Assembly: GCA_038134595.1 (NCBI GenBank)
Contig: JAYPVM010000004.1
Location: forward strand, 157,882-221,881
Reading direction: 5' to 3'
Length of the DNA: 64,000 bases
Origin: Pseudomonadota bacterium
Lineage (GTDB): Bacteria; Bdellovibrionota_C; UBA2361; OMII01
Under the pieces are notes generated by a model, which had not been told where the DNA came from, did no database searches, and saw nothing but the letters and a program-made list of their open reading frames with translations. Positions 29,150-38,845 of the stretch are shown here, piece by piece. Each line of letters opens with the position of its first letter. Position 1 is the stretch's first letter. Both the position numbers and the translations under genes were made by a program.

Positions 29150-31078
29150 ATGTCAAAAGATTTTGAAAAGTTGATTCGCGAGGATAGAGAAACTCGTAAG
29201 AAATCATCTTGGAAGGGAACGATGTTGGAATACCTCGAGCTCGTCCGGGAGAACCCGGGTCTCCACGTGTTGGCGCATAAGCGCCTGTACGACATGATCA
29301 ATGACCGAGGAATGGAAGAGGTGGATCTTGAACAGAATCCACGATTGAAGAGGATATTTAAAGGCGAAAAATTAAAAGTATTTAATTTCTTTGCCGACGA
29401 GTTTTTTGGAATGGAGAAGACCATTAACCAAATAGTTCGCTATTTCCATTCCGCATCGCTTAAAGGAGAGGAGAGTCGACAGGTGCTGTATTTAGTAGGG
29501 CCAGTTGGTTCAGGAAAAAGCTCACTTGTGGACCGCTTAAAGAAAGGCCTTGAGTCACTGCCACCCCTCTATGCAATTGAGGGTTGCCCGATGTTTGAGG
29601 AGCCACTGCATTTGGTGCCCCGACATTTACGGAAAGAATTCTCAAAGATGCTGGGAGTAGATATCGAGGGTGATTTGTGTCCTGTGTGCCGATATCGACT
29701 CAAGGAGGACTTCCAAGGGAAGTGGGAAGATGTTCCGGTACATACATATGACCTTAGTATTCGTGCAAAAAGAGGGGTAGGTGTTGTTCCACCGGTTGAC
29801 CCGAACAATCAAGATACAAGTGTCTTAATAGGAGGTGAGGATATTTCGAAGCTGGATCTGTATTCAGAGGGAGATCCTCGAGTACTCGATTTGAGTGGAG
29901 CTTTAAACGTTGGTAATCGTGGTATGGTCGAGTTTATCGAGGTATTTAAGAACGAGACTGAATATCTCCATGCGATGATTACGGCGACTCAGGAGAAATC
30001 GATACCAGCGCCAGGAAGGCACGGCATGATCTATGTTGACACCTGCATCGTCGCACATTCCAATGAGGCCGAGTGGAAGAAGTTTAAGAGTGATCACACT
30101 AATGAGGCTATCCTCGATAGAATTGTCACGGTGAAAGTGCCGTACAATTTGCGATTGTCGGAGGAAGTTCGAATTTACAGAAAAATTATTCGGCAGTCTC
30201 AATTCACAGCAGACATAGCTCCACACACAATTGAGATGGCTTCGATGTTTGCTATCTTGTCGAGATTGGATCCTTCCAATAAGTGCGATCTTATGACGAA
30301 GTTGCGTTTGTATAACGGTGAAGAGGTTGTTGAGAAGGGCAAAACGAAGCGTATTGATGTGATCGAACTTCGGGAAGAGGCAAAAGGCGAGGGGATGACG
30401 GGTATATCTACTCGGTTCATAATGAAAGCCCTCGATAATGCACTATCTGACAACATAGAGCTAAATGCGATACACCCAATCTCAGTGCGGGAGGCCCTCG
30501 TACAGATGGTGAAGGAAGCAGACTTTCCAGATGATGTGAAGAAGCGCTACTTAGAGTTTTTGCAAGATACACTGCATAAAGAGTATCTTGAAGTGCTTGA
30601 GCGGGAGATCACGAAAGCATTTGTGTACTCGTATCAAGAGCAGGCGGAGTCTTTGTTCCAAAACTATCTTGACCATGCAGAAGCTTACGTTACGAAAAAG
30701 AAATTTAAAGATCGGAGCACGGGAGAGGTTCTTGAACCCGACGAGGGATTTATGAAATCCGTTGAGGAGCAGATCGCTATTATCGGCACCGCATGCGATG
30801 GTTTTAGACAGGAGGTGATTGCATACCTCTGGTCAGCGGGTCGCCGAGGAGAGAAAATTAGCTACGAGAGTTATGAGCCCTTAAAAGAAGCTATCGAGAA
30901 GAAATTGATGGCAAGTGTTCGAGATGTGTCTCGGATTATAACGAAAGCGAGAACTAGAGACGATGAGCAGAGTCAAAAATACGGTCGAATGGTTGAGCAG
31001 TTGATTCGCAACGGATATCCAGCTAGTTGTGTGGATATAATATTAAAATATGCGGCAAACAATCTCTGGAAAGATTAG
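29150..31078 (+). CDS. yeaG: PrkA/YeaG AAA+ Ser/Thr kinase-like protein
   Basis: LVGPVGSGKSS, CPMFEEPLHL, GALNVGNRG.VEFIE.FK, AHSNEAEW, VPYNL, EGMTGISTRF. Confidence 0.96.
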   Translation: MSKDFEKLIREDRETRKKSSWKGTMLEYLELVRENPGLHVLAHKRLYDMINDRGMEEVDLEQNPRLKRIFKGEKLKVFNFFADEFFGMEKTINQIVRYFHSASLKGEESRQVLYLVGPVGSGKSSLVDRLKKGLESLPPLYAIEGCPMFEEPLHLVPRHLRKEFSKMLGVDIEGDLCPVCRYRLKEDFQGKWEDVPVHTYDLSIRAKRGVGVVPPVDPNNQDTSVLIGGEDISKLDLYSEGDPRVLDLSGALNVGNRGMVEFIEVFKNETEYLHAMITATQEKSIPAPGRHGMIYVDTCIVAHSNEAEWKKFKSDHTNEAILDRIVTVKVPYNLRLSEEVRIYRKIIRQSQFTADIAPHTIEMASMFAILSRLDPSNKCDLMTKLRLYNGEEVVEKGKTKRIDVIELREEAKGEGMTGISTRFIMKALDNALSDNIELNAIHPISVREALVQMVKEADFPDDVKKRYLEFLQDTLHKEYLEVLEREITKAFVYSYQEQAESLFQNYLDHAEAYVTKKKFKDRSTGEVLEPDEGFMKSVEEQIAIIGTACDGFRQEVIAYLWSAGRRGEKISYESYEPLKEAIEKKLMASVRDVSRIITKARTRDDEQSQKYGRMVEQLIRNGYPASCVDIILKYAANNLWKD

Positions 31079-31125
31079 CCTGAGCGACTCCGCGACCGAC
31101 AATCAAGGAGAGAAATAGAGGAGCG

Positions 31126-32346
31126 ATGAGTACAATCTTTCGACCATACACACCCTCGAGTCAAAGGTCAGATCGTAGTGCTCGAGATCGGATGCGACAC
31201 CGCCAAAAAATAAAAGATTCAATCAGAGATAATATCGGAGATATCTTAGCTGAGGAATCTATTATAGGGCGAGATAGAGATAAGATTATAAAGGTTCCGA
31301 TCCGCTCGGTTAAAGAGTATAGATTTGTTTACGGAGAAAACTCGCCTGGTGTGGCACAGGGAAACGGAGAACAGAAACCGGGGGACGTCGTAGAGCCCGG
31401 AGACCCTGAAGGTAAGGGACAAGGGCCTGGCAACCAGGGTGGAGTTGATGCCTTCGAAACTGATATTACTCTAGAAGAGCTAATAGCAATTATGTTCGAT
31501 GACCTAGAGTTGCCAGAATTAGAAAAGAAAGCCTTAAAAGAAGTTGTTTCTGAGGACGCGCGGAAGCGAAAGGGGCATCGAAAAGCAGGTATCCGTCCGC
31601 GGCTTGATAAAAAAGCGACGGCGCGCAACCGTGTGCGGCGGAAATTATCGGTATCCCGAAGTCGTGAACAAGAAGAAGAGGAGCGGTTCCCATTTCATCA
31701 AGATGATATGAGTTATTTTCATATCGCACCTACCACGCGTGAATCCTCGAATGCTGTGATATTTTGTATCATGGACACATCTGGTTCCATGGGTACGGTT
31801 AAGAAGTACTTAGCTAGAAGTTTCTATTTTCTGCTGTATCAGTTTGTCCGCCAAAAATATGCGAACGTGGAGGTGGTTTTTATTGCGCACCATACCGAGG
31901 CAAAGGAGGTATCCGAAAATGACTTTTTTCACAAAGTCGAATCCGGGGGTACCTACATATCCTCTGGGTATAAAAAGGCATTAGAGTTAATCGAAGCTCG
32001 TTACCATCCCTCTCTTTGGAATGTATACGCCTTTCACTGTTCAGATGGAGATAACTTCTATTCTGATAATGAGCGAGCTTTGCAATCAGCAGAGGACCTT
32101 TGTAAGGTTTGCAACTTGTTTGGCTACGGAGAAATTAAACCCTCTGGGAGTGCCTATTACAGCGGCAGTATGCTGGAGGTCTTTAGTCAAATTAAGGCAG
32201 AGAACTTTCACATGATTACCATCGAGAAGAAGGAAGATCTTTGGGAAGGCTTTCGAAGCTTTCTTATGAAAGATAAAGCGAGCGAAGTTTCTGCACACGG
32301 TAAAGTTTTTGGCCCCAGCGAAGGAGCTGCGGCGGCAACAGCGTAG
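31126..32346 (+). CDS. yeaH: YeaH/YhbH (DUF444) vWA protein
   Basis: DR.RH, LELP.L, FCIMDTSGSM, FIAHHTEA, ESGGT, HCSDGDN. Confidence 0.95.
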   Translation: MSTIFRPYTPSSQRSDRSARDRMRHRQKIKDSIRDNIGDILAEESIIGRDRDKIIKVPIRSVKEYRFVYGENSPGVAQGNGEQKPGDVVEPGDPEGKGQGPGNQGGVDAFETDITLEELIAIMFDDLELPELEKKALKEVVSEDARKRKGHRKAGIRPRLDKKATARNRVRRKLSVSRSREQEEEERFPFHQDDMSYFHIAPTTRESSNAVIFCIMDTSGSMGTVKKYLARSFYFLLYQFVRQKYANVEVVFIAHHTEAKEVSENDFFHKVESGGTYISSGYKKALELIEARYHPSLWNVYAFHCSDGDNFYSDNERALQSAEDLCKVCNLFGYGEIKPSGSAYYSGSMLEVFSQIKAENFHMITIEKKEDLWEGFRSFLMKDKASEVSAHGKVFGPSEGAAAATA

Positions 32347-32352
32347 AGCATT

Positions 32353-33810
32353 ATGACATCGAATATCGAAGAGCTAGCAAAATGGGATGAGAAGATAAAG
32401 GTACTCGTCGACCGCTTTGGATTGCGATGCTATCCCCAGGAATTTGAGGTGTGCGATCACAACGAAATGTTGGGATATATGGCATACACCGGAATGCCGT
32501 CACGGTATCCGCATTGGTCGTATGGGAAGGCTTACGAACGGCAAAAGACTATGTATGATTACGGTGTATCCGGTCTTCCGTACGAGATGGTCATCAACTC
32601 CGATCCCTGCCTTGCCTATCTTATGCGAGATAATACGCTGCTCTTGCAGGTCCTAACTATCGCGCATGTTTATGGGCACAACGACTTTTTTGCAAATAAC
32701 TTCACGTTTACCTCTGGTACCGATGCCCGGCACGTGTTGGAAGGTTTTAAAAGTGGTGGGAATCGTATCGCCTCATATCAGGAAGATCCTTCTATTGGAA
32801 TTGACGCAGTTGAGAGTGTTATCGATCACGCGCATGCTGTCTGCTACCAACGCTCAAGAAACTTAGCGATACGACAGCTATCTGATGCAGAACAGAGAGT
32901 GAGAGCATGGGAGCAGGCGCAGCCACCGCTTGATCCGTGGCAGGATATTCATCCGAAACAAGAGTACGTTCAGCCGGATTTATCGAAAACACCGGTGGAA
33001 CCCCAGGAAAATCTACTTCAATTTATCACTCAGTATAATCCATACCTGCCTGAATGGAAGCGCGATATCCTTGAAATAGTTGATAAGCAAACGCAGTATT
33101 TCATGCCGCAGATGGAAACCAAGATAATGAATGAAGGTTGGGCTAGCTATTGGCACCATAAGATACTAAATGAGTTGGGACTGCCACAAGGAATGCATCT
33201 TGAGTTTCTAGTTCGACATAATCAAGTGCTTAGGCCGCATCCAGGAGGATTGAATCCGTATCATTTAGGATTTGTAATGTGGCACGATATCGAACGGAGG
33301 TGGAATGAAGGTGATACCGGAAGGGAATGGACGGATGACACTCCGCAGGTCGATATCGCAACACTCGATGAAAGTGATACGCCGGGCAGAAAGAAAATAT
33401 TTGAGGTTCGAGAGTCAGATAGAGATCAGTCGTTTCTTCGCAGATTTCTAACCAGAGAGCTAATGGACGATTTAAACCTCTTTCAGCATGAAAGGCGAGG
33501 AAAGGAACGGGTGGTCACCAAAGTCGCAGATGAAGAGAGCTGGAAGGACATAAGGGATAACCTAATCCGGAATGTTGGAACGGGGTCAATACCAGTAATT
33601 AAGGTCGAAGATGCTGATTTTGGCAGAAATAGAACGCTCTACCTCAAGCATTATCACGATGGACGGGACCTGCAACTAGAGTATGCTGACCACACCTTAC
33701 GACATGTATCCCAGCTTTGGGAGCGAGAGGTAGTGCTTGAGACCTCCATCAATGGAAAAGACAGTTTGCTCAAAATGGTCGGTAATTCATTGAAGATAGA
33801 GCGGCTCTAG
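32353..33810 (+). CDS. spoVR: SpoVR/YcgB family protein
   Basis: GMPSRYPHWSYGK, YEMVINSDPC, AHVYGHNDFF, TKIMNEGWASYWH, NPY.LG. Confidence 0.96.
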   Translation: MTSNIEELAKWDEKIKVLVDRFGLRCYPQEFEVCDHNEMLGYMAYTGMPSRYPHWSYGKAYERQKTMYDYGVSGLPYEMVINSDPCLAYLMRDNTLLLQVLTIAHVYGHNDFFANNFTFTSGTDARHVLEGFKSGGNRIASYQEDPSIGIDAVESVIDHAHAVCYQRSRNLAIRQLSDAEQRVRAWEQAQPPLDPWQDIHPKQEYVQPDLSKTPVEPQENLLQFITQYNPYLPEWKRDILEIVDKQTQYFMPQMETKIMNEGWASYWHHKILNELGLPQGMHLEFLVRHNQVLRPHPGGLNPYHLGFVMWHDIERRWNEGDTGREWTDDTPQVDIATLDESDTPGRKKIFEVRESDRDQSFLRRFLTRELMDDLNLFQHERRGKERVVTKVADEESWKDIRDNLIRNVGTGSIPVIKVEDADFGRNRTLYLKHYHDGRDLQLEYADHTLRHVSQLWEREVVLETSINGKDSLLKMVGNSLKIERL

Positions 33811-33834
33811 TTGAGTAGATACTCTCTACGTAAA

Positions 33835-34890
33835 TCAGGCCTTTTGCTTTTTAATAATGAGCTCTGTCCCTTGGACTGCCGTGGTAAGTTTTGTCCCTTC
33901 TTCTATGGCGATTGTAATTTCAGTTTGATTGCCAACATTTTCTGCCATGATTAGGACAAACCCAGTGAAGTCGTGAGGAGGAAATTGTGGGTACTCAAGC
34001 TCTCCCTTTTCGACGCCGCAATCTGGAATCTGGACCATGTAGGTTTCTTCGTCTACCTTGCTAATTTGAGCCTTCACTCCGGGCTTGTTTAGAGAGAACC
34101 GTAACTGTTGCGTTTTATCTGCCAGACGCTCGAATGAATACTTTTTAATCTGGAAGTTCGTTGGAACTGGTGTGGGTGGAGTAAATTGGGCTTCGGAAGG
34201 TTCTAAGTCGCCTAGGCTTGCACCCATGGTAGTCGGTGCACTTTTAGTCACAGCCTTTGTCTCCTTCGCCTTGGGCGCTGCCGGTTGCACAGTCGGTAAG
34301 ACGGGAGGGGCTTTCGTAGGATGAACTACTGGCGTAGGAGTTGGTGGAATTGGAGTTGCGGTAGGTGGAATCGCAGTTGGTGTTGGCTTCGTTTCGATCG
34401 CCGCAACAGAGCCTTCAAAGAGGCGGATGATAGCTTGACGTTTTCCGGCTTTCCATTCGTATTCTGGTGGATTTTGAGTCTTAAGATCTAAAACTATCCG
34501 CGTCTTTTGGTTATGAGCCCCAAGTCGGATTTGTTGTAAGACATCATTTTGAGGGGCTTGGAAAACAGAATTTTTCTTAATTTTTGTGCCAACAAAGTCT
34601 ATTACCATGCGTGGCGGAGAAGGCAGTAGAAAAGCATCTATTTTGGAATCGTTAGGAACCACTACTTTGACAACGATAAAACTCTTTGAATCAACAATAT
34701 CTCGGTCCATTAATATTTGGACCCGCTCTTTTGAATTAATCGTCTTTGGCCCATCAGGAAATGGTTTGTAGGTTTTTTGAGCAAATGAGTCCGATATTGA
34801 TGTGATTCCGAGAAAAAAAACGAGCACAACAATGCGCAAAAGCCAAAGTGTAGGCTTGTATCGATGGTACATCATTACAGCGGTCTCCAA
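33835..34890 (-). CDS. Exported AMIN-domain protein with Pro/Thr-rich linker
   Basis: Signal peptide; F.LPSPPRMVIDF...QIRLG.H..KTRIVLDL (AMIN); PTPTAIPPTATPIPPTPTP linker; second beta-rich domain. Confidence 0.75.
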   Translation of the reverse strand: METAVMMYHRYKPTLWLLRIVVLVFFLGITSISDSFAQKTYKPFPDGPKTINSKERVQILMDRDIVDSKSFIVVKVVVPNDSKIDAFLLPSPPRMVIDFVGTKIKKNSVFQAPQNDVLQQIRLGAHNQKTRIVLDLKTQNPPEYEWKAGKRQAIIRLFEGSVAAIETKPTPTAIPPTATPIPPTPTPVVHPTKAPPVLPTVQPAAPKAKETKAVTKSAPTTMGASLGDLEPSEAQFTPPTPVPTNFQIKKYSFERLADKTQQLRFSLNKPGVKAQISKVDEETYMVQIPDCGVEKGELEYPQFPPHDFTGFVLIMAENVGNQTEITIAIEEGTKLTTAVQGTELIIKKQKA

Positions 34891-35058
34891 ATAAGTTGCA
34901 ACAGTACAAAAGTGGCGAGCCCTAACTGGCCTCTAAGCCTAGACACCATTATTAGATATCTTAGGAGATCCTCACCCGACAGGAAATATCCGATCGCAAA
35001 AACAAACTAGCGTTCTATCGGCGTTTTGGAGCTCTCTAAGAATTGATGAACCGAGCCC

Positions 35059-35811
35059 TTAATTTGATTCTGAAATCTCGAGAACAGGAGCTTCGCTATT
35101 GCTGTGGCCTCTTAAGATGTGAAACGTCTGCTCACAGGCTCGAAGGGTGTCGCTAAATGGGCTGTGTAGTATCCACTCTAGGGGATCTCCCTCTGGAGTT
35201 TGTTGTTGGATTCGAAGACGAGGCGAAGAAAAATCCTCTTCATCGGAATCGATACTGATTGAAACCTCTTCGAGGCTCGCTAGTCCACACTCTAACACTG
35301 CCCCCGAGTCACTCTCTCTGACCATAAATAAGGAATCAGGAAAAAGTGATATCCATACCTCGCTGGCACTTTGTGTGGCAGGTTCCTCTTGTTTTCCTTG
35401 AAGCATGAGAGATGCGTTGTCGGTATCCTCTGGAGTATGAAGGGGGCTCGTTGTCGCCCGAAAAATCATCGCTAGATTGATGTCATCACAATCATTGCGC
35501 ACAGCAAAATGCTTTGCCGCTTGGCTTGCCAGGAAATATTGAGCAGTTATTCGAGGCTTAAGTTCTCTCCATAACCGAGAGGCAGTAGTTTGATAAAAGA
35601 CTGGGAGAAAAGCCGCGAGCGCTAGGAGGAGCCATGGAAGCTGTAAGCTAAACGCCGCAGCGCTAGTGAGAACTAGAAGCAGGATACATGCTTCTACACC
35701 CTGAGATTGGGCCTGTGTTAAAAGTTGGTATTTCTCTGCGGGAGGAACCATCTGCCATATCTTTGATAGTTCCTGTTCGATTGCTTCTTGATCTTCCATG
35801 AGGTACGGCAA
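35059..35811 (-). CDS. Hypothetical membrane protein (2 TM plus soluble C-terminal domain)
   Basis: 250-aa ORF with AGGA RBS; two adjacent hydrophobic segments. Confidence 0.65.
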   Translation of the reverse strand: MPYLMEDQEAIEQELSKIWQMVPPAEKYQLLTQAQSQGVEACILLLVLTSAAAFSLQLPWLLLALAAFLPVFYQTTASRLWRELKPRITAQYFLASQAAKHFAVRNDCDDINLAMIFRATTSPLHTPEDTDNASLMLQGKQEEPATQSASEVWISLFPDSLFMVRESDSGAVLECGLASLEEVSISIDSDEEDFSSPRLRIQQQTPEGDPLEWILHSPFSDTLRACEQTFHILRGHSNSEAPVLEISESN

Positions 35812-36011
35812 AATTTTCCTTCACTATATTGCTAAATCCTTGAAACAAGGAGTGTGATGGTGAGTCACGATGAATTCTCTAGCAGAAGTCGTACCGAAAT
35901 AATTTAAGGTTCGTTGATGAAAGCCCTTTGAGGGTTTTTAGTCTCTTGAGATATTTAGTGCCGAGTTCTAAATGAGGAAACTTTTTAGAGAAATGATGCG
36001 ATAGAGCAGAC

Positions 36012-37574
36012 ATGTTTTCTGTCGTAAAAACAAGTTGCATCGTTGGCTTAGAAGCTGTCTCTGTAGATGTCGAAGTTGGCATAAAAAATGGTGACAGGCG
36101 CTTTTCTATTTTGGGATTAGGAGGTGCTGCAGTGCGAGAATCGCGCGAGCGTATTCTAACGGCACTTGAGCAGTGTGGAATCAATCCACCAGATGCCATA
36201 CTTGTTAATCTTGCGCCAGCTGATATCAAGAAAGATAGTGTCGTTTTTGATCTGCCGATTGCGGTAGCCATTGCGGCTGCTGTTGGGGCCATATCACAAG
36301 ATGCCCTCAAAAAACGTGCGTTTTGTGGCGAACTATCTTTACTCGGCGATGTTAAGTCTACATCGGGAGTCATTGCACATGCTCTTGCAGCTCTCCACGT
36401 TGGTATGGATTTAATAGTGGTCCCAAAGAGTAACGCCTCCGAGGCGGCACTGATCAAAGATATCCATGTAGTCGGAGTAGATTCATTAGCTGAGGCACTT
36501 GGTTGTTTAAAGCAAAATGAATTGCCGTATGTGAGAGTGCAAGAAGGGACCCGTGCTCGGTTGAGTGTAGAGAAGTCTTTACAGGATGTGCGGGGACAGC
36601 ATCTTGCTAAGCGGGCGCTAGCAATTGCGGCTGCTGGAGGACACAACATGCTTATGATCGGCCCACCGGGATGTGGTAAAAGCATGTTGGCTGAACGTCT
36701 TGGTACCTTACTTCCTCCACTGAACTCAGAGGAGATGATAGAGGTTCTTAAGATCCATAGCGTGGCGCATCAGGCAACGGAAGCGATAATAGCGGGTCAA
36801 AGACCATATCGAACACCGCATTATTTGGTGAGCGATGCAGGACTGATTGGCGGAGGCGCTGGCCCAAAGCCAGGCGAGGTTAGTTTGGCTCATCGAGGGG
36901 TGCTTTTTTTAGATGAGTTCCCTGAGTTCAAAAGAAGCGGTATCGAAGCACTGCGATCACCGATGGAAATAGGAAGTATTCAAATAGCACGAGCCCGCGC
37001 GTCGGTAGAGTTTCCAGCCCGATTTCAACTGGTGGCCGCAATGAATCCTTGTCCCTGTGGACGCTTTGGATCGGGAGTTGGGACGTGTCGGTGTTCTCAG
37101 CATGCGGTGAGAGATTATCTTTCAAAATTATCTCAGCCGATATTGGATAGGATAGACTTGCACGTAGAGCTTGATGCAGTGCGAGTTGACGATCTTGTGT
37201 GGGATGCACCGAATGTTACTGATAATCAGAGTGATACATTGATTGCCGAAATTCATAAGGCGCGTGCCGTGCAACACAAGCGGCAGGGAGCGCTCAATAG
37301 TGAACTCTCTGATGTTCGATTAAAGCAGATCGTAAATATTCAGGATGGCGCACGAAAACTTTTAAGTGAAATGACTCAAAGAATGGGACTCAGTGCACGC
37401 GGATACACGCGCATTCTTCGTGTTGCAAGAACTATTGCTGACCTCACTGGTGCAACAGGCATTACTGAGGAAATAGTAGCAGAGGCTGTTTCATATCGTT
37501 CATTAGAACGGCTCTCGTCTATTGTATTCGGAACTGGCCCCGGCGTGGGAGGAATCAACGCTTCCCTTCGTTAA
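36012..37574 (+). CDS. comM: ComM/YifB Mg-chelatase-like AAA ATPase
   Basis: ESRERI, NLAPAD, GELSL.G, GPPGCGKSM, GEVSLAHRGVLFLDEFPEF, AAMNPCPCG, LDRID, SARG..R..RVARTIADL. Confidence 0.96.
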   Translation: MFSVVKTSCIVGLEAVSVDVEVGIKNGDRRFSILGLGGAAVRESRERILTALEQCGINPPDAILVNLAPADIKKDSVVFDLPIAVAIAAAVGAISQDALKKRAFCGELSLLGDVKSTSGVIAHALAALHVGMDLIVVPKSNASEAALIKDIHVVGVDSLAEALGCLKQNELPYVRVQEGTRARLSVEKSLQDVRGQHLAKRALAIAAAGGHNMLMIGPPGCGKSMLAERLGTLLPPLNSEEMIEVLKIHSVAHQATEAIIAGQRPYRTPHYLVSDAGLIGGGAGPKPGEVSLAHRGVLFLDEFPEFKRSGIEALRSPMEIGSIQIARARASVEFPARFQLVAAMNPCPCGRFGSGVGTCRCSQHAVRDYLSKLSQPILDRIDLHVELDAVRVDDLVWDAPNVTDNQSDTLIAEIHKARAVQHKRQGALNSELSDVRLKQIVNIQDGARKLLSEMTQRMGLSARGYTRILRVARTIADLTGATGITEEIVAEAVSYRSLERLSSIVFGTGPGVGGINASLR

Positions 37575-38152
37575 GAGTTGGCCTTCGTTAGGCTTATCTC
37601 GGTAATTGAAGCCGTTGTTTCACGAGAAAGAAGATTAGTTGAAGATGGTTCGGAAACGAGAATCCCCTGGGAAGTAATCGCATACACAGTGCCCCCTTTT
37701 TTGCCTATCGGAGTACCCGGCTTGAGAATGAAAATCCTCCCCGAAGATGTCTCAACAGACGCTATCCGGTTGCCATCTCCGTCACCGATAATCGCTGAGA
37801 CTCGTAATTGAGAGAGCTCATAGGAAGTTAAAGGTGCCAGTCGAGAAGGGTGGTCTGGCGAAACACTCGAATAAAACGGCACAAAAGGATCTCGTTGAGG
37901 CTCATTAGAGCTGTCTTTGGTGGCGCTTGTGTGAGGAGGGGAGCCCGATTCCGTGTGTTTTGCCAACGAAAGAAGTTCAATAGCCTTTTGTTTGACAGAT
38001 GTAATCTGGCCCAAAACTGCTTGAATTTCTGTTGAAAATCTCTGCTCTAGCGATGTGTTGGTGCTAAAACTCTTCGATAGTTCTCGTGTCAGTGTCACCC
38101 CGAGTTGGGCGAAACAAACCAAGGAAACAAATAATACTACTTTTTGTTTCAT
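37571..38152 (-). CDS. pilP: Type IV pilus assembly PilP-like protein
   Basis: RDPF.P...PLTSYELSQLRVSAII...A.VE...G....LKPGTPIGK.GG.V..I; N-terminal TM. ATG at 38152 chosen over the track TTG at 38236. Confidence 0.75.
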   Translation of the reverse strand: MKQKVVLFVSLVCFAQLGVTLTRELSKSFSTNTSLEQRFSTEIQAVLGQITSVKQKAIELLSLAKHTESGSPPHTSATKDSSNEPQRDPFVPFYSSVSPDHPSRLAPLTSYELSQLRVSAIIGDGDGNRIASVETSSGRIFILKPGTPIGKKGGTVYAITSQGILVSEPSSTNLLSRETTASITEISLTKANS

Positions 38153-38484
38153 AGCGACTCGTATGTGCTTTAAGGCAAGCTTGCTGTGTACGCGGGCTCG
38201 GTCAGAGGTAGATTTATCTTTCAAACGCTTTGCCAAACCGGCTCTACTTTAGCTCTTAACCGTAAACGAAATGAGAGAGGAAATCGAGCGTTTTTTGTGG
38301 GTGGACTGCAATGAAAAAACAAGAAGTCAGGTAGTTGCGATTTGCGATGAAAAAAATATTACTGTGAAAGAGAGAAGCTTGGGAGATTTTCCTCATAGTA
38401 CTGAAGAGAGAAGGGAGTGGAGTCGGGCATTATAAGTATAAGCAACATAGCCTATAAGATAAGTAATCTTGGACTGTTATTAAC

Positions 38485-38521
38485 ATTGACCGGAAGGGGT
38501 AATATTGACCGGAAGGGGTAA
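38485..38521. repeat. Direct repeat, 2 x ATTGACCGGAAGGGGTAA (19-bp period)
   Basis: Exact copies at 38485-38502 and 38504-38521, just 3' of tRNA-Pro. Confidence 0.88.
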
Positions 38522-38569
38522 AGGGGCTTTGAGATGGGACAGGCCTAACATGCTGTTACGGTTGAAGAA

Positions 38570-38644
38570 TCGGGGTGAGAGGATTTGAACCTCCGACCCC
38601 TAGTTCCCAAAACTAGTGCTCTAGCCGGGCTGAGCTACACCCCG
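38570..38644 (-). tRNA. tRNA-Pro(TGG)
   Basis: Reverse complement CGGGGTGTAGCTCAGCCCGGCTAGAGCACTAGTTTTGGGAACTAGGGGTCGGAGGTTCAAATCCTCTCACCCCGA; CCA not encoded. Confidence 0.96.
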
Positions 38645-38845
38645 ATATGCTTCATGTAACAGGGTAAAATCTAGCCTGTTTTGGGGATGGAATCAAGGCG
38701 TTGTCTGTTTAATGTGAGTAAAGTAGAGGCGTGGACCAACTATTGGGGGCGTTGCCTAGCTTACTAAGCCTTTACCGATAGGTAGAGTACCGCTACTCTG
38801 ACGGTTCAGGAAAGTTAGCACCCACAAAGATAGGATGGAGGGAAT

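Noticed and set aside
35879..36685. 268-aa minus-strand ORF
   Set aside because: Antisense shadow of comM. The same applies to most short ORFs nested in or opposite the called genes.
1351..38521. Short repeat arrays (1351, 3778, 26953, 38485) as CRISPR
   Set aside because: Units are 17-19 bp and adjacent, with no unique spacers and no cas genes.
38237..38570. Integrated element at tRNA-Pro
   Set aside because: No integrase and no duplicated tRNA 3' end.
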